The position numbers and the translations under genes are program-made. The notes beneath the pieces are model-generated. The model ran no database searches. It was not told the DNA's origin and worked only from the letters and a program-made list of their open reading frames with translations. A stretch of DNA of 64,000 bases from Leucoraja ocellata (Eukaryota): contig JAWMAR010000283.1 in assembly GCA_036785375.1 (NCBI GenBank), forward strand, positions 1,302,001-1,366,000. Reading direction: 5' to 3'. Positions within the stretch are counted from its first letter, which is position 1. Each line of letters starts with the position of its first letter. Positions 61,772-64,000 of the stretch are shown in pieces.

Positions 61772-62267
61772 AGGGCCTGTCCCACGAGTATGTGATTGCA
61801 TGCGGCAAGCATGCCCAAACCGGAAGCGGGGGTTGTGCGGAGATCGAGTGATCCCTGTACAGGGCCGGTCCCACCAGCATGCGACTGCATGCGGCGAGCG
61901 CGACCAAACCAGAAGCAGGGGTCGCGCGGAGGTCGAGTGAGTGACGTGAAGTTCGAGCGAAGTCCGCGGGAAGTTCGCGCATGACGTACGGCGTCAAGAA
62001 GCTGCGTACGGTGTCAAGATGCTGCGTATGCCCATCGAGGTGGTGCGTATGACCTCAATGCGGCTGCGGGCCGGCAGGCCGTTGCCGCGCGGAATTTTTG
62101 AACACTGTCAGTTTTCCGGAGCCACGCGCGATGTCGAGACCAGCTCCGCACAACTCCATACGGCTCCGGCGATCGAAGTGGGACCAACCCCGCGAGGCCG
62201 TATGGCTCAAGCGACCACGTTCGGTCGTGTTTGCCGCATGCGGTCGCATGCTCGTGGGACAGGCCCT
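61772..62267. mobile_element. PIF/Harbinger-type MITE inserted in a V-SINE (SINE parts ~61625-61771 and 62268-62312)
   Basis: TCA|AGGGCCTGTCCCACGAG ... CTCGTGGGACAGGCCCT|TCA. Confidence 0.88.
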
Positions 62268-63004
62268 TCAGTGAGTCAAGGAGCACATTTCCATGCTGTA
62301 TCCTAAACTAACCTTTATCAACAGTACATTATCTATACGAGTACTGCATTTGTACATTAAATCCAGCAAATCACCTTCACAGATAGCAGTGTTACAAACT
62401 TTGCTGGCTAAGTTTTGATCAGGAGGATACAAATCATTGTTCTTAATTAATCTGTATAGATCTTAGTACCTCAGCATTACGACCAGAATGTCATAATCAA
62501 CGTTTTATGGCTCTTACTGTCAGTCCCATTATTTGGTTTTTATTGCTCATGCAGCTTCATTAGTTAATTACATTTAAATTTACTGATGAAAGCTCTTTTG
62601 AATGCAGGCTGCATGTTTTGTGAATCACATGGAGTGGCAATACTGATGATAGCTCTTTTGTAACACTGATAGGAAATAATTTGACTGCCTACTAAATCGT
62701 CTCCTGTCAATTTTCATTCAATAGTAGTTCGTTGACTGAATGTGTGCAGCATCGCTCACAGGCTCTAAGAAAAAAAGATTGGTTTCTATTTATATTTGAA
62801 GATGTCTTTATCAATGCAACAGCAAGTGGGTTTGCTTGAAATTATTTCTTAAAATTAACTTGCTATTATCAGTATTATATTTGCTGCTCATATTGCAGTT
62901 TAAACCATGCCAAAATAGTTCAGTCTCAAGAACATTCTGTAATTTATTTTAGTTTACGTTTTTAACAAAAGCACTTCAAAGGATTAAATTTTGTTTATTT
63001 TTTC

Positions 63005-63295
63005 AGTTTAGCGGTGCTGCATGGAAACAGCCCTTTGGCCCACCAGGTCTGCGCTGACCAGCGATCACCCCTAACACTAACACTATCCTACACATGAGGT
63101 ACAATTTACAATTTATAGAAGCCAAATAACCTACAGACCTGCCTGTCTTTGGAGTGTGGGAGGAAAACGGAGCACCCGGTGAAAACCCACTCAGTCACAG
63201 GGAGAACGTACAAATTCTGTACAGACACCATCTGTGGTCAGGATCGAACCTGGACCTCTGGACCTATATGGCAGCAACCTCTGCGCCGCTGTGCC
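63005..63295 (-). mobile_element. HE1-type V-SINE
   Basis: Tail, V domain and head in reverse complement. Confidence 0.85.
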
Positions 63296-64000
63296 TCTGG
63301 GCCGCAAAAGCACTTCAGGGAATTTAATTCTGTCTGAAAAAATTTTAATGCGCCATTCTTTTGTCATTTATTATATCTTATTGAATGTAAAGTGTTTTGC
63401 TATATTTTGGAATCAGAGGCACAATATAAATCCACTTTTTAAAATCTTTGTCTGCATTATTTTCATGCTATTAACCCAGTAATTGTGTTAGATGATATCC
63501 CTTGCAGGGTGAAGACCAATGGGGCAGTTTTGGTTGAATTTTCCTATAAATTTTTCGACAGGCAATTTTCTCCTTGCACTAGTTGCTGATATACGAAATG
63601 CCCTTGGTTTATGGTTTCAAGTGAGGGTTTGCAACTTCCTGCTAAGAGCACACATGTAGAAAATATCCACCTTCTAACATGGATTCAAGGTGCATTTTAG
63701 AATCATTTTAAATTTGGAAGTGAGCTTCAGTTACTGCAGGTGTGGTGGTTAATTTTCTTTGAATGCAGACAAAAACAAAATTGATAATTGCAAAAATAAT
63801 GAACAAAGCCTGCAAAATGTCACTTATTAGTGAAACTAAAAGCAAGCTTCAAACCTCAGCCAAGGGCTTTGAAGAAGCAATGCTCTTTTACTCTCTTGTA
63901 CAACTCCAGATGTACAGTAGCGAGCATATTGACCGGTTGTGTCATGGCGTGGTTCACTAAATTGAATGCTCAGGAAGGAAGAAGATTGCAAAAAGTGGTG

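Noticed and set aside
62583-62680. Hammerhead or C/D snoRNA from the CTGATGA motifs
   Set aside because: No helix II followed by GAAA, no purine-led C box with a terminal stem, and not in an intron.

Overview
Repeat-dense eukaryotic genomic DNA, very likely from a cartilaginous fish (skate/ray type). This is inferred from HE1-type V-SINEs, CR1/HER1-type LINEs and Penelope remnants. The only host gene I can support is STXBP6 (amisyn) on the minus strand. Its first coding exon is 10695-10888 (ATG at 10848), a ~35 kb first intron lies above it, and a GC/CpG-rich promoter with candidate non-coding first exons sits at ~45.3-46.0 kb. An array of ~15-bp KLF/Sp + half-CRE units follows at 45986-46579. 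The rest is intronic or intergenic DNA filled with transposon relics: CR1, Rex1/Babar, L1 and Tx1 LINE pieces, V-SINEs, Penelope-like elements with hammerhead-ribozyme cores, a Gypsy gag-protease relic with a tRNA-Trp PBS, a Tc1 relic, three PIF/Harbinger MITEs, tandem Helitrons, other TIR elements, and a GC-rich, non-tRNA-headed retroposon family with a conserved 3' stem-loop. A 177-N assembly gap lies at 36820-36996. All family names come from motif recognition by eye; no database search was run. Element boundaries are approximate unless a TSD or terminus is quoted.
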